A stretch of DNA of 64,000 nt. Origin: an uncultured virus (IMG/VR IMGVR_UViG_3300029319_000009) (Duplodnaviria; Heunggongvirae; Uroviricota; Caudoviricetes). Position numbers and translations under genes: made by a program. This document shows, piece after piece, positions 25,316 through 35,542 of this stretch. Under the pieces are notes generated by a model. It worked only from the letters and a program-made list of their open reading frames with translations. It ran no database searches and was not told where the DNA came from. The stretch lies in the IMG/VR virus record IMGVR_UViG_3300029319_000009, one strand, 5' to 3'. Each line of letters begins with the position of its first letter. Within the stretch, counting starts at the first letter, position 1.

Positions 25316-26976
25316 AAGTATATGGATCATGGTCAGGGCACGATTGCTCATTTGCAGTGTTGGACAATGGAGTGCCCAAAGTTCATGCTGAATACGAGAG
25401 GTACATCAGAGAAAAGGAGCCCCGAGGCGACAGCGTTCAATTTATGTTTGATGAGTTGGGTTCGTGTGAAGATATTAAATACTTTGCTACTTGTCACTCA
25501 ATTAAAAAATTAAAAGAATATGAAAAATCTTTTAAAAAACTAGAAAACATTATTGAAAAAAATGATGGTGAAATGTATATTTTAGGCCACCATCAATCTC
25601 ACGCCGCGAATGCTTTCTTTTCTAGCAACTTTGATAAATCGTTAATTATAACAATTGATGGTGGCGGCTTAGACACGAATCCTCACGTTGAAAGTCAAAC
25701 TTTAAAAGATGTCCAAGAAGCAAACCTTGTTACAGCTTTTACCGTATGGTCGGGAGAAGGAAATAAAATAAAAAATCTGCTTGACATTCCAATATCCCAT
25801 GTTAACATTGGTGGAATTTGGACAAGATGCACTAGGTATATTTTCAAATTAAATTCTGGCTGGCCATATGGACACCAAGCCGGCTCGGTAATGGCGATGG
25901 CAGCACTAGGAGATCCTGATAAATATTTTGAAGATTTTTATCGAATGTTCAAATACGATAATCATTTGGCCTCCGTGAGAGCCCCTGGTCAACCAGCCGG
26001 CTGTTACACAGAGAACGATCCAAAACATCCATACCTAAATAAGTGGGCAATCATAGCCGACGAGAGCGAACAAAGCCGTTTTGACATCGCTGCTGCTCTA
26101 CAAAAAGCAACAGAGGTGTACTTAAAAGAATTGATTGGCAGTATACTAGATAAGTTTCCTGAGTATGAACATATATGTTTTTCAGGTGGCGTCACCTTGA
26201 ATTCTGTAGCAATGGGTAAAATGTTGGATTGGTTTGATGATAAAATTAAAGATATTTATGTCACTCCAACACCACATGATGGTGGGTTACCCATAGGCGC
26301 CGCTCAATATGTATGGCACCAAATTTTAGACAATCCCCGAGTTGATTGGCAAGACAATTGCCCTGCATATCTTGGGTTAACTTACAACAACGTGCAAGAT
26401 AAGGTAGAGGAGTATAAAGATAAAATTGAATACGTTTCGGCCTCGATGGATGATGTTGTCAAGCTGCTAGATGAACAAAAAATAGTTGCAGTATTTGGCG
26501 GCGGCTCTGAGTCAGGCCGACGAGCGTTAGGAAACAGAAGCATATTGGCCGACCCTAGAAGTCCAAAAATGAAGGACCAGATTAATGAAAAAGTAAAACA
26601 TAGACAGTGGTATCGACCTTTCGCCCCTTCTATTTTGAGAGAGGAGGTGCAGAACTGGTTTGTTCGCGACAAAAACAGTCCATACATGAGCTTTGTATTA
26701 AAGTTCAAGAAAGAAAAAGCTACTGAGGTACCAGCAGTTGTCCACTTTGACGATACCGCTAGACTGCAAACCGTCACTGAGAAAGACAATAATTGGTATT
26801 ATAGCCTTATTAAGAAGTGGTATAAGCTATCAGGAGTGCCGATATTGTTGAACACGAGTTTTAACGATCGCGAGCCTATTTGCGAAACCCCTGAACACGC
26901 TATTAACTGTTTTTTGAGAACAAACATAGATTACTTGTATTTTTATGATAAATCATTGTTGGTTAAGAAAAAATGA
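25312..26976 (+). CDS. O-carbamoyltransferase (CmcH/NodU/TobZ family)
   Basis: GHDCS, ERYIREK, HHQSHAA, IDGGG, SGGVTLNS, ESGRRALGNRSILADP, RPFAPS and LLNTSFN. Confidence 0.93.
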   Translation: MKVYGSWSGHDCSFAVLDNGVPKVHAEYERYIREKEPRGDSVQFMFDELGSCEDIKYFATCHSIKKLKEYEKSFKKLENIIEKNDGEMYILGHHQSHAANAFFSSNFDKSLIITIDGGGLDTNPHVESQTLKDVQEANLVTAFTVWSGEGNKIKNLLDIPISHVNIGGIWTRCTRYIFKLNSGWPYGHQAGSVMAMAALGDPDKYFEDFYRMFKYDNHLASVRAPGQPAGCYTENDPKHPYLNKWAIIADESEQSRFDIAAALQKATEVYLKELIGSILDKFPEYEHICFSGGVTLNSVAMGKMLDWFDDKIKDIYVTPTPHDGGLPIGAAQYVWHQILDNPRVDWQDNCPAYLGLTYNNVQDKVEEYKDKIEYVSASMDDVVKLLDEQKIVAVFGGGSESGRRALGNRSILADPRSPKMKDQINEKVKHRQWYRPFAPSILREEVQNWFVRDKNSPYMSFVLKFKKEKATEVPAVVHFDDTARLQTVTEKDNNWYYSLIKKWYKLSGVPILLNTSFNDREPICETPEHAINCFLRTNIDYLYFYDKSLLVKKK

Positions 26977-27869
26977 AAATACACATTTGTTATAATGTAA
27001 CAAACTCGCCTCATGGCGGCGGTAACCAATTTATAAGGGCGCTGAAAAAACAATTTATAAGCAGAGATTTGTACACTGACAATCCAGAAAGTGCAGATGT
27101 AATTCTCTTTAACAGTCATCAGTGCGTTAATGAAATCTGTCAGATAAAAAATATGTGGCCATCAAAATTGTTTATTCATAGAGTCGATGGACCTATGAAG
27201 TTATATAATGATATGTCTGATACTCGTGATAATTTGGCCTACTTGTTGAATGACAGAATTGCGACAGCGACAATTTTTCAAAGTGCTTGGTCTAGAGAAA
27301 AGAATATTTCAATGGGAATGAAAGATAACAAACCAAGCACAGTTATAATCAATTCAGTCAACTCTGATATTTTTAATGAAGATTATACAAAGAGCCCCAC
27401 AGATAAGGTGAGATGTATTTCAACTAGTTTTTCATCAAATTATAAGAAGGGTCACAAGTATTACGAATATTTGGACTCAAATTTGGACTTTGACAGATTT
27501 GAATATGTGTTTGTTGGGAACAGTCCAGTGCAATATAAGAATATTAAGCTAGTGGGATGTTTAGACACTTATGGTGTAGCCAAGCAGCTAAAAAATAGCG
27601 ATTTATACATAACGGCCAGCGAAAATGATCCGTGTTCTAACTCACTATTGGAGGCTATTTCTTGTGGTTTGAAAGTTTTGGCTTTGGATAGCGGTGGACA
27701 TACAGAAATTATTAACAACCCAGATAATGTTTTTAGTGATGAACATATGATGTTAAAGAAAATTTTAAATTATGATAAAATTAGTAAAATTAAAAATATT
27801 AAAAGAATGAACGAGACAGTTGATTCATATTTAAATTTTTTCAAGAGAGTGAACAATGTTATTGACTGA
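26973..27869 (+). CDS. Glycosyltransferase, GT4-like
   Basis: GGGNQF, HRVDG, KKG and DPCSNSLLEAISCG...SGGHTE. Confidence 0.85.
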   Translation: MKIHICYNVTNSPHGGGNQFIRALKKQFISRDLYTDNPESADVILFNSHQCVNEICQIKNMWPSKLFIHRVDGPMKLYNDMSDTRDNLAYLLNDRIATATIFQSAWSREKNISMGMKDNKPSTVIINSVNSDIFNEDYTKSPTDKVRCISTSFSSNYKKGHKYYEYLDSNLDFDRFEYVFVGNSPVQYKNIKLVGCLDTYGVAKQLKNSDLYITASENDPCSNSLLEAISCGLKVLALDSGGHTEIINNPDNVFSDEHMMLKKILNYDKISKIKNIKRMNETVDSYLNFFKRVNNVID

Positions 27870-28512
27870 AGTACCCTACAACAGCATAGATTTTTCTAAA
27901 AAAATTCTACACCATAAAAAAAGAACAAGGGCGGTCTTTAAAGATGAGAACTATCATTATAAATTGTGGGAGTATGGCTGGGAGCACGGAAATGTAACAA
28001 GAAATTGTTTTGAAGTCGGATACTACGATTTAAAAATGATACCAGCGTTTGTTTCAATGATTACTCATGAAGGAAAAGATGTTGGATACATCATGAAGAG
28101 TGGCAAGGTTATGGGTGAAAGTAGAGACCCGTGGAATAACCTAGTCAAGCACACGACTCAAAAACAGCAGTTGTTATTTTTAAATCAAGTTCTACAAAAA
28201 TCAGTAAGGCACAACCGCATTATTTCCGACATGGTGCCATCAAATGTTATTGTTTTTGAAGGTGACATATGTCTAATAGACCTTGAGGGGGTAGAAAGCT
28301 TTAATTGGATGTTTAATGGAGAGCCTGAAACTCATGAGGCTCAAAACAGAAATTTAAACAAGGTGAGTAAGCCGTATTGGGGAATCATGAGTCAGTGGAC
28401 AAAGATGTACATGGAGCAATGTCTTGGGGTCAAATACGACAAAGACCTTGACAGCCCACAAAACATACAAGAGGTCGCCAGTATAATAAACAGCATGGTT
28501 AACAAATTATGA
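27856..28512 (+). CDS. Protein-kinase-like fold protein (possible sugar/small-molecule kinase)
   Basis: ISDMVPSNVIV...LIDLE resembles the catalytic-loop DxxxxN and DFG-like motifs. Confidence 0.55.
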   Translation: MLLTEVPYNSIDFSKKILHHKKRTRAVFKDENYHYKLWEYGWEHGNVTRNCFEVGYYDLKMIPAFVSMITHEGKDVGYIMKSGKVMGESRDPWNNLVKHTTQKQQLLFLNQVLQKSVRHNRIISDMVPSNVIVFEGDICLIDLEGVESFNWMFNGEPETHEAQNRNLNKVSKPYWGIMSQWTKMYMEQCLGVKYDKDLDSPQNIQEVASIINSMVNKL

Positions 28513-28922
28513 GAGAGATATATTCAAAAGTAGAAAAAGATAAATTATTGCACATTGTGGTCTCATCTTCAGATTCACAAAAAGAAAGGGACGATATTGT
28601 TTTACCCAATAACTTTATTCAGTGTTCGTTGTTGAAAATGCAAAAGGGCAAAACTTTTCCACCGCACAAGCATATAACAAAGGATCGTCATTACAAAGAA
28701 CAAATCGCTCAAGAGTCTTGGGTGGTAATAAGCGGTAGAGTAAAATGTAAGTTTTATGACCTTGATGACACTTTATTAGCTGAACCTGTTCTAAATGCTG
28801 GCGATGCTAGTTTTACTCTTTATGGTGGACACACTTATGAAATACTAGAGGATAATACTATTGTGTATGAATATAAAACAGGGCCATACGAAGGACAAAA
28901 ACTCGACAAGGTGTTTATATAG
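28509..28922 (+). CDS. Cupin (WbuC-like)
   Basis: PPHKH...QESWVVISG...GGHTYE...EYKTGPY. Confidence 0.75.
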   Translation: MREIYSKVEKDKLLHIVVSSSDSQKERDDIVLPNNFIQCSLLKMQKGKTFPPHKHITKDRHYKEQIAQESWVVISGRVKCKFYDLDDTLLAEPVLNAGDASFTLYGGHTYEILEDNTIVYEYKTGPYEGQKLDKVFI

Positions 28923-28935
28923 AGACTTTACAACA

Positions 28936-29703
28936 ATGAAAAAAAAATATTTAGAAGATTTAAATTTAGACAATTTAAAAAATGCATATGAAAAATCGTG
29001 GCTAGATGAATTGGCATATGACTATGGGAAATTTTTAAATTGCTTGGATGAAAAAAAATTTTTAGGAATGAGTTGGTTTGACCCTGACAAAAACAAAGGA
29101 ATGGGAAATCACTATCTTAGAAGAAATGAAAATTTAGACCAAAAAGACACACGAATAATAAATAATATTAATTCCCATTTTAATAATTTAGTTTATTTGC
29201 CCAACATATTCACATTAGATCTTTTATTAACAAAAAAAACAGACAATATCATCTTTATAGATAACGGCTCTGGATTTGGAATAATGTCGGCAATGTTGAA
29301 AAAAATAAATATTCATTGTTTTAACTATGACACATACGAGCAACTGTTTCGCAAAAAAGAAATGGCTTACAAAACAAGAAAAAGAAAAGCTGCTGAACTA
29401 TTTTTTACAAAATATGATATTACTCCACCAGAGTATAATATTGATAATTTTAAAAAAATTTATAACAAGCTTGGCAATGAAAAAAAAATATATATTAATT
29501 CTGCCGGCGCCACAAACATAGAATTTTTAAACGAATTAGAAAATGTTAATAGTGTAATGGGCTGTCATCGTTTAGATTCTTTCATGAAAAAAAGACGTGA
29601 TTTTGAAAAAAAAATTAGTTATTACGCTTATGAAGATTTGACCATGACTGACTTGTCTATAGAGAATATTGTTTTTAGCAGTTTTGAGAGGATTAAAATT
29701 TAA
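28936..29703 (+). CDS. Hypothetical protein, possible SAM-dependent methyltransferase
   Basis: IDNGSGFG glycine loop. Likely start ATG 28936. Visibly more AT-rich than its neighbours. Confidence 0.5.
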   Translation: MKKKYLEDLNLDNLKNAYEKSWLDELAYDYGKFLNCLDEKKFLGMSWFDPDKNKGMGNHYLRRNENLDQKDTRIINNINSHFNNLVYLPNIFTLDLLLTKKTDNIIFIDNGSGFGIMSAMLKKINIHCFNYDTYEQLFRKKEMAYKTRKRKAAELFFTKYDITPPEYNIDNFKKIYNKLGNEKKIYINSAGATNIEFLNELENVNSVMGCHRLDSFMKKRRDFEKKISYYAYEDLTMTDLSIENIVFSSFERIKI

Positions 29704-30252
29704 ATGATGACTAAAATAAATATGGGCTGCGGCTGGCGCAATTTTGGCCCTGATTGGATTCATATTGATGGGGGTGACTATCCACACCTAGACCATTCCA
29801 GAGTCGATAACTTAAGTCAGTTTGAAGATGAGACAGTGGATGTAATTTATGCTTCCCATGTTTTAGAATATTTTAACATTGACGAAGCCCAAGCTGTTTT
29901 GAAAGAATGGAAGAGAGTTTTAAAGACTGGGGGAACATTAAGAATCGCAGTTCCCGATTTTTCGAAAATTAGCAAACTATATTCAGAAGGAAGATTCCCC
30001 CTTTCAAAGTTTATCGGCCCTTTATACGGTAGAATGGACATGGGGGAGTTTTCAATTTATCACAAGCATGTTTATGATGAAGATTCTTTAAGAGGTTTAC
30101 TAGTGAACGTTTTGGGATTCAAAAATTATCAAAGATATGATTGGAGAAAAACTGACCATGCTGCGTTTGATGATCATTCACAAGCGTACTTGCCTCATAT
30201 GGATAAAGAGAATGGCACGTTGATAAGCTTAAACGTGGAGTGTATTAAATGA
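29704..30252 (+). CDS. Class I SAM-dependent methyltransferase
   Basis: INMGCG, VDVIYASHVLEY and RVLKTGGTLRIAVPD. Confidence 0.88.
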   Translation: MMTKINMGCGWRNFGPDWIHIDGGDYPHLDHSRVDNLSQFEDETVDVIYASHVLEYFNIDEAQAVLKEWKRVLKTGGTLRIAVPDFSKISKLYSEGRFPLSKFIGPLYGRMDMGEFSIYHKHVYDEDSLRGLLVNVLGFKNYQRYDWRKTDHAAFDDHSQAYLPHMDKENGTLISLNVECIK

Positions 30253-30848
30253 GTTTTAAACCTATTAAAGACTTTGAGGGTGAGATAGCTAAGTTTTTCG
30301 GTGCTCCATACGCAGTCGCAACAGACTGTTGCACCCATGCCATAGAATTGTGTTTAAGGGCCAAAAACGTAAAAAGTATTACAGTTCCAAAAAGAACATA
30401 TCTATCCGTGCCAATGTTGGCAAACAAGTTATCAATTGAATTAAAGTGGAAAGATGAAGAATGGCAAGATTACTATTATATCGAGGATACAAACATCATT
30501 GATGCAGCCGTTCTGTGGGAGGCTAATAGCTACATTCCAGAGACACTAATGTGCGTTAGCTTTCAGTTTAAAAAGCACCTTAGCTTGGGACGTGGCGGCA
30601 TTATTTTGTTAGACGATGAAAAGCTAGCTAAAAAGCTTAAAAAAATGTCATACGATGGTAGAATACCAGATGTACCTTGGATAAAACAAGATATTGATAC
30701 AATGGGATATCATTATTACATGACACCCGAAACGGCACAACTTGGATTAAAAAAATTGCCTGATGCAATAAAGGCAGAGCCAAGAAAATGGAAAGTAACC
30801 GATTGGGCCGATCTGACACAAATGAAAATTTTTAAGGAAAATAAATGA
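30249..30848 (+). CDS. DegT/DnrJ/EryC1/StrS-family PLP sugar aminotransferase (short)
   Basis: FEGEIAKFFGAPYAVATDCCTHAI, IIDAA and SFQFKKHLSLGRGG (PLP lysine loop). Only 199 aa. Confidence 0.8.
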   Translation: MSFKPIKDFEGEIAKFFGAPYAVATDCCTHAIELCLRAKNVKSITVPKRTYLSVPMLANKLSIELKWKDEEWQDYYYIEDTNIIDAAVLWEANSYIPETLMCVSFQFKKHLSLGRGGIILLDDEKLAKKLKKMSYDGRIPDVPWIKQDIDTMGYHYYMTPETAQLGLKKLPDAIKAEPRKWKVTDWADLTQMKIFKENK

Positions 30849-31819
30849 CTAAAAAGGCGTTAATAACTGGGATTTCTGGACAAGATGGTTCTTACTTATC
30901 TGAATATTTATTGTCTTTGGGCTATGAAGTTCATGGAGTGATAAGAAGACATTCTGTAGCGGAGAATCAAAATTTTAGACTACACCACCTCAATGGTAAA
31001 GTGGAAACACACTACGGAGATTTATTAGATGTCCCATCATTGATGAATATACTAACAAAAGTTAAGCCAGATGAAATATATAATTTAGGGGCGATGAGTC
31101 ACGTAAGGATTAGTTTTGATGTTCCATCTTTTACCATACAGACTAATGCATTAGGTGTTTTAAATCTATTAGAAGTGTATAGAACGGTGTGTCCAGAGGC
31201 GAAGTTTTATCAAGCAAGCTCTTCAGAGATGTTTGGAAATTCAGTGGATGTAGACGGCGCACAAAGACTAACAACTCCGATGAAACCAGTTAGCCCATAT
31301 GGGTGCGCAAAGCTTCTTGCTTTCAATTTGGTTCGACATTATCGTCACGCTTACGGACTACACGCCTGTAATGGTATTTTGTTCAATCATGAGTCCCCAA
31401 GAAGAGGCTCAAACTTTGTTACTAACAAGGTGGTTAAGACAGCAGTCCAAATTAAACTTGGCTTGGCAGATAAGCTTGAGCTTGGAAATCTAGATTCTTA
31501 TCGCGACTGGGGGCACTCTAAAGACTATGTGCGCGCAATGCACATGATTTTAAATTACGAAAAAGCAGATGAGTGGATAGTTTCAACAGGAAGAGCTAAA
31601 TCGGTTAGGGACTTGTGTGATACCGTTTTTTCAAATTTGGGTCTAGATTATAAAAAATATGTTGTACAAAACCCCAAGTACATGAGGCCGGAAGAGTTAA
31701 AGTATCTGAAGGGAGACTCTAAAATAACTAGAGACATTTTAGGCTGGAAGCCTGACTATACTTTTGAAACAATGCTTGAAGAAATGATAGAAAAGTGGAT
31801 GAAACACTATAACGGCTAA
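30845..31819 (+). CDS. gmd: GDP-mannose 4,6-dehydratase
   Basis: ALITGISGQDGSYL, YQASSSEMFG, SPYGCAK, GILFNHESPRRG and RDWGH. Confidence 0.96.
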   Translation: MTKKALITGISGQDGSYLSEYLLSLGYEVHGVIRRHSVAENQNFRLHHLNGKVETHYGDLLDVPSLMNILTKVKPDEIYNLGAMSHVRISFDVPSFTIQTNALGVLNLLEVYRTVCPEAKFYQASSSEMFGNSVDVDGAQRLTTPMKPVSPYGCAKLLAFNLVRHYRHAYGLHACNGILFNHESPRRGSNFVTNKVVKTAVQIKLGLADKLELGNLDSYRDWGHSKDYVRAMHMILNYEKADEWIVSTGRAKSVRDLCDTVFSNLGLDYKKYVVQNPKYMRPEELKYLKGDSKITRDILGWKPDYTFETMLEEMIEKWMKHYNG

Positions 31820-31836
31820 TTTTTAGTAAAAATAAT

Positions 31837-32568
31837 ATGAGCATAGAAAAAAACATATCTATAATTCAAAACTTCGTTTGCACTTTAGATAGCAGAAAGC
31901 AAATGATAACAGAAAACTTACCACGCATGGCAGAAGTTTTTAAAGATGTTAATTTTTATGTCAACTATAATACTCCAAAAAATCTAGAATATATAAAGAA
32001 GTTGTACGAGGACAATGTTCAAAATCTTTATTTCAACTACAGCACCTCTAGAGACTGGGGCCTGGACACAATTAAACTGTTGGAAAAGGTTACGACCCCA
32101 TACGTTGCGTATCTTTGCGAAGACTTTGAATACCATTCAGGTAGAGAAGACTGGGAAGAACTAGTGTCAGAAGCTCTCATTGATGCCAAAGTAGACTTTG
32201 TTATGTTGGCAAAAATAGAAAAATATTCAAACACGCTGAATTGGCCCAGTCTGTATAAAAAACGCGGCAAAAGTTGCATTTTTTACAATTCAAAATCTTC
32301 TCCAAGTAAAGTTATGTCAATCGACGCAATTTATAAAAAAGAATTTTTACTTGAAAGGTTGATCGAGTATACAAAACTGTATAGCTATCACCTTCCTAAC
32401 AATTACGAGACCTATTATAAAAATGATAATAGTCTTCGTAGATTTGATGTGGAATGCGCGGTACCAAGCAAGGTATTGTTATACCACCATCCCAGGACTG
32501 TAGACGGGAACGAGGCTAAAGATGAGGACTTATGCTCCACAAGGCCACTTGGAAGAAAGAATGACTAA
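31837..32568 (+). CDS. Putative glycosyltransferase (GT-A-like)
   Basis: TTPYVAYLCEDF resembles a DxD-equivalent strand-loop. Cluster context. Confidence 0.5.
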   Translation: MSIEKNISIIQNFVCTLDSRKQMITENLPRMAEVFKDVNFYVNYNTPKNLEYIKKLYEDNVQNLYFNYSTSRDWGLDTIKLLEKVTTPYVAYLCEDFEYHSGREDWEELVSEALIDAKVDFVMLAKIEKYSNTLNWPSLYKKRGKSCIFYNSKSSPSKVMSIDAIYKKEFLLERLIEYTKLYSYHLPNNYETYYKNDNSLRRFDVECAVPSKVLLYHHPRTVDGNEAKDEDLCSTRPLGRKND

Positions 32569-33337
32569 AAAATGTAATGTGAATTTAGACGAGTGCCTAG
32601 TAGCAACATTTAATACCGGTGAAAGAACTGCTGATTTAACAGAATTATGCTTTAAGAAACTTGGTTTCAAAAATTTTGTAATGTTTGATAGCAAAGACGG
32701 CCTGAGAGATAAATTTTTTAAGTTTGCTAAATTAGCTAGTGAAACAAATTATAAATATTATATACAGAACGACGCTGATAGATATGTATTTGACGGCATA
32801 TATGATTTGTTAAATTATGTCGATGAAAACAACATTGACTCCTCAGCCGGCGTCGGATTTGATTTTTTAATGAACCGCTATCGAGGAGCCACTCCAAATG
32901 TTTTTTCTAGACGAGCGCTAGTTTTTTTGCACAATAACAAACATGTGATGCCACATGTTCAAAAGCCACTAACAGCATTTGGCACATTTTTACAAGAGAG
33001 TAATGAATTCGTCGATAAAGACTATAATGTTCTAACTAATCTGCATGATTATGACCAATACCCAAGCAAGGTCTGCAACACTGTTTTGAACCGGATATTC
33101 CGTGGTCATTGGCATCTATATGATCAAAAACACATTAGCAATTTATCAAGTGAATACCAAAATGCTATTAGACATGCAATTAACATGGCACAAACTCTTG
33201 GCAAGAAAGAGACGATTGATTATATGGATTTTAACTTTTTAGATGAGGGTTATCCTAGTTGCGATCCACAGCAGCACGAATCGATGTACGAACAACATAA
33301 AGCGCTGTACGATAGATTAAGGCGAGAACACAAGTGA
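32561..33337 (+). CDS. Putative glycosyltransferase (GT-A-like)
   Basis: YYIQNDADRY (DxD). Likely start ATG 32561. Cluster context. Confidence 0.5.
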   Translation: MTKKCNVNLDECLVATFNTGERTADLTELCFKKLGFKNFVMFDSKDGLRDKFFKFAKLASETNYKYYIQNDADRYVFDGIYDLLNYVDENNIDSSAGVGFDFLMNRYRGATPNVFSRRALVFLHNNKHVMPHVQKPLTAFGTFLQESNEFVDKDYNVLTNLHDYDQYPSKVCNTVLNRIFRGHWHLYDQKHISNLSSEYQNAIRHAINMAQTLGKKETIDYMDFNFLDEGYPSCDPQQHESMYEQHKALYDRLRREHK

Positions 33338-34479
33338 AAATAACCTTTTATATAACCGGCATTGTTGATTTTCAAGATTTATTACCAGCAGTCATAACAT
33401 CAATTAGAAGAGGGCATGAATGCAGAGTCTATATTTTTGATTGCTTGCAGAAAAAACGACAATTTTACTACTACGATCAAGCATCTCTAGTAAATTTTGT
33501 ACAGTCTGTTCTAAAAGCAAACGCAGTCACTTGTGAGGTCAAATTTTATGGACAGCATGACCAAAAAGCTTTTAATAGGGAATTTGACTCTTTCACTCCT
33601 GACTACATAATGTTACAAAATGCAAAGCATAGGTATCCAATCTGGTACCCCACTTCCGGTGATTCAAAAATAATTCACTTTGCGTGGCACATGGACAGTG
33701 CTCAAGCCCTTGTACGAGGTCATTACAAGGCTCATTTAAATGTAGTTAAAAGAAGCCTAGATTTAGCATATTATGGTAGTGATTCGCCAGATTGGCTGGA
33801 GTTATCAAAATCAGAGAAGGATCAAGTATCAAGAATAGAGAGTAGGTATTTTGGAAATTTTAGGCTTGAGAGTTTAAATTATAATAGTTTTTTTGACTCT
33901 TTAAGACTTGAAGGCACAAAAAATAAAAAAACATGTTTTATTTGTGAGGCTCATCTTAAACCTGGGAAGGACAATTACACTGAGATACCAAAGTTTGTTG
34001 ATGAACTATTAGAGCGCTTGCACAAAAACAACTACTATGTTTTTTGGAAAAAAAGAGAGAAGGGGTATCCAAAAGAGAAGTGGAATAGTCCGTTAGATTT
34101 TTGTAAAAACTCCCCAGACTTTATTATTGAAAAGGATTTAAATTTTCCCTCTGCCATAGTTTATCTGCCATATGTTTGTGACGCTAGTTTTGTCATTAAC
34201 ACCTCGTGTGCTTATTGGGATGTAAAAAAGGTTAATATGAATGCCGCCATGTTACAGACCAAGGACCCCGGTTCGCGAGAAGAAAAATACATAAAGCTTG
34301 TATATGAAAAAGGTGACCCAAATGCACAATTTGACTTAATTAAGATGCACGAGAACAACTCTTGGGAAACATTAGATTGCTGGCTAGCAATGGGTAAAAA
34401 AATAAATTATCAATACATAAGGCAACAATCGCCATCAACAAAATTATTAAAATACATGGAGAGTGAATTTAATGACTAA
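33334..34479 (+). CDS. Hypothetical protein, possible GT-B fold transferase
   Basis: 381 aa with alternating beta/alpha pattern. Start MKITFY...RRGHECRV is GT-B-like; C-terminal CDASFVINTS. Confidence 0.4.
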   Translation: MKITFYITGIVDFQDLLPAVITSIRRGHECRVYIFDCLQKKRQFYYYDQASLVNFVQSVLKANAVTCEVKFYGQHDQKAFNREFDSFTPDYIMLQNAKHRYPIWYPTSGDSKIIHFAWHMDSAQALVRGHYKAHLNVVKRSLDLAYYGSDSPDWLELSKSEKDQVSRIESRYFGNFRLESLNYNSFFDSLRLEGTKNKKTCFICEAHLKPGKDNYTEIPKFVDELLERLHKNNYYVFWKKREKGYPKEKWNSPLDFCKNSPDFIIEKDLNFPSAIVYLPYVCDASFVINTSCAYWDVKKVNMNAAMLQTKDPGSREEKYIKLVYEKGDPNAQFDLIKMHENNSWETLDCWLAMGKKINYQYIRQQSPSTKLLKYMESEFND

Positions 34480-35542
34480 TAAAGATTCATCAAATCGTAA
34501 AAAATACGATTGCTGTGCTCAAGACACAGTAACAGAATTAGATATTGAAAATTTTAATAGTAAGTTTAAAAACATAATCAATACAAAAGAGTTTTCTGAA
34601 ACTCAGAAACTTTTTAATGATGCGAAGCATGTTTTTTACATTGGACACGGTGGTAACATGGGTATTGCCGAACATGCTGCAATTGACGGTTCTAGACTAA
34701 CTGATAAAAATATTTATGCGCCCGGAGGTGGAGTAATCGTTACTTCAATTCAGGGTGATACTAATTTTAACGACTGGATGATGAACTGGTTGAAAATTAG
34801 AGTGCGTGGTTTGGACTTGAGTCAGTGCCTGGTAATTGGATTATCTTGTTCAACTAATGGAAAATCTTCTGATTGTGTGTGTACTGCATTAAATTGGTGT
34901 ATTGACAATGGTATTAAAGCAGTTCTTTGGGCAGCACAGCCAAAAGAGAAAGGCGTAAACGAAAAAATAATACAAGTGGTTCAAGATGCTAAGTATTATC
35001 ACACTTCAGAGTTAATAAGTATGGCTTTGACTTATCAGCTAATTCATGGTTGTGGCTTTGATTGTCCAACAATTTCAAAGAAGGCAAAAGCTAGAAGATT
35101 TGAGGAACTAGGGATAAAATCCGAAGTTCAGCAAAAATATGAATCATATGATAAAAGAATTTCTTCAAAAGATGTCCCACCAGGAATGGAGTCACAGCAA
35201 AACAATTTAGCAATAGACTTCGACGGTGTTGTACACACTTTTGATAAAGGGTGGCACGATGGCACTTGCTATGGAGACCCCATACAGGGCTCTTTGGAAT
35301 CTATAAAGAAGTTATCTGAAAAATATAATATAATTATTTTTAGTGCAAAAGTACGACCAGATAGACCACTAGTTGATGGAAAGACTGGAAAAGAATTAGT
35401 GGATGAGTGGCTAGTGAAGCATGGAATCAGAGATTTGGTATCTGAAATTACTCATGAGAAGCCCAGAGCAAAATATTACATTGACGATAAAGCTTTAGAA
35501 TTTAAAGATAATTGGGACGAAATTTTAAATAGGATTTTATGA
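34463..35542 (+). CDS. SIS (GmhA-like phosphosugar isomerase) + HAD phosphatase fusion
   Basis: IGHGGNMGIAEH and GLSCS resemble GmhA CGNGGS/ISTSG. C-terminal AIDFDGVVH, FSA, KP and YIDDK are HAD motifs I-IV. The start could also be 34472. Confidence 0.75.
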   Translation: MNLMTNKDSSNRKKYDCCAQDTVTELDIENFNSKFKNIINTKEFSETQKLFNDAKHVFYIGHGGNMGIAEHAAIDGSRLTDKNIYAPGGGVIVTSIQGDTNFNDWMMNWLKIRVRGLDLSQCLVIGLSCSTNGKSSDCVCTALNWCIDNGIKAVLWAAQPKEKGVNEKIIQVVQDAKYYHTSELISMALTYQLIHGCGFDCPTISKKAKARRFEELGIKSEVQQKYESYDKRISSKDVPPGMESQQNNLAIDFDGVVHTFDKGWHDGTCYGDPIQGSLESIKKLSEKYNIIIFSAKVRPDRPLVDGKTGKELVDEWLVKHGIRDLVSEITHEKPRAKYYIDDKALEFKDNWDEILNRIL

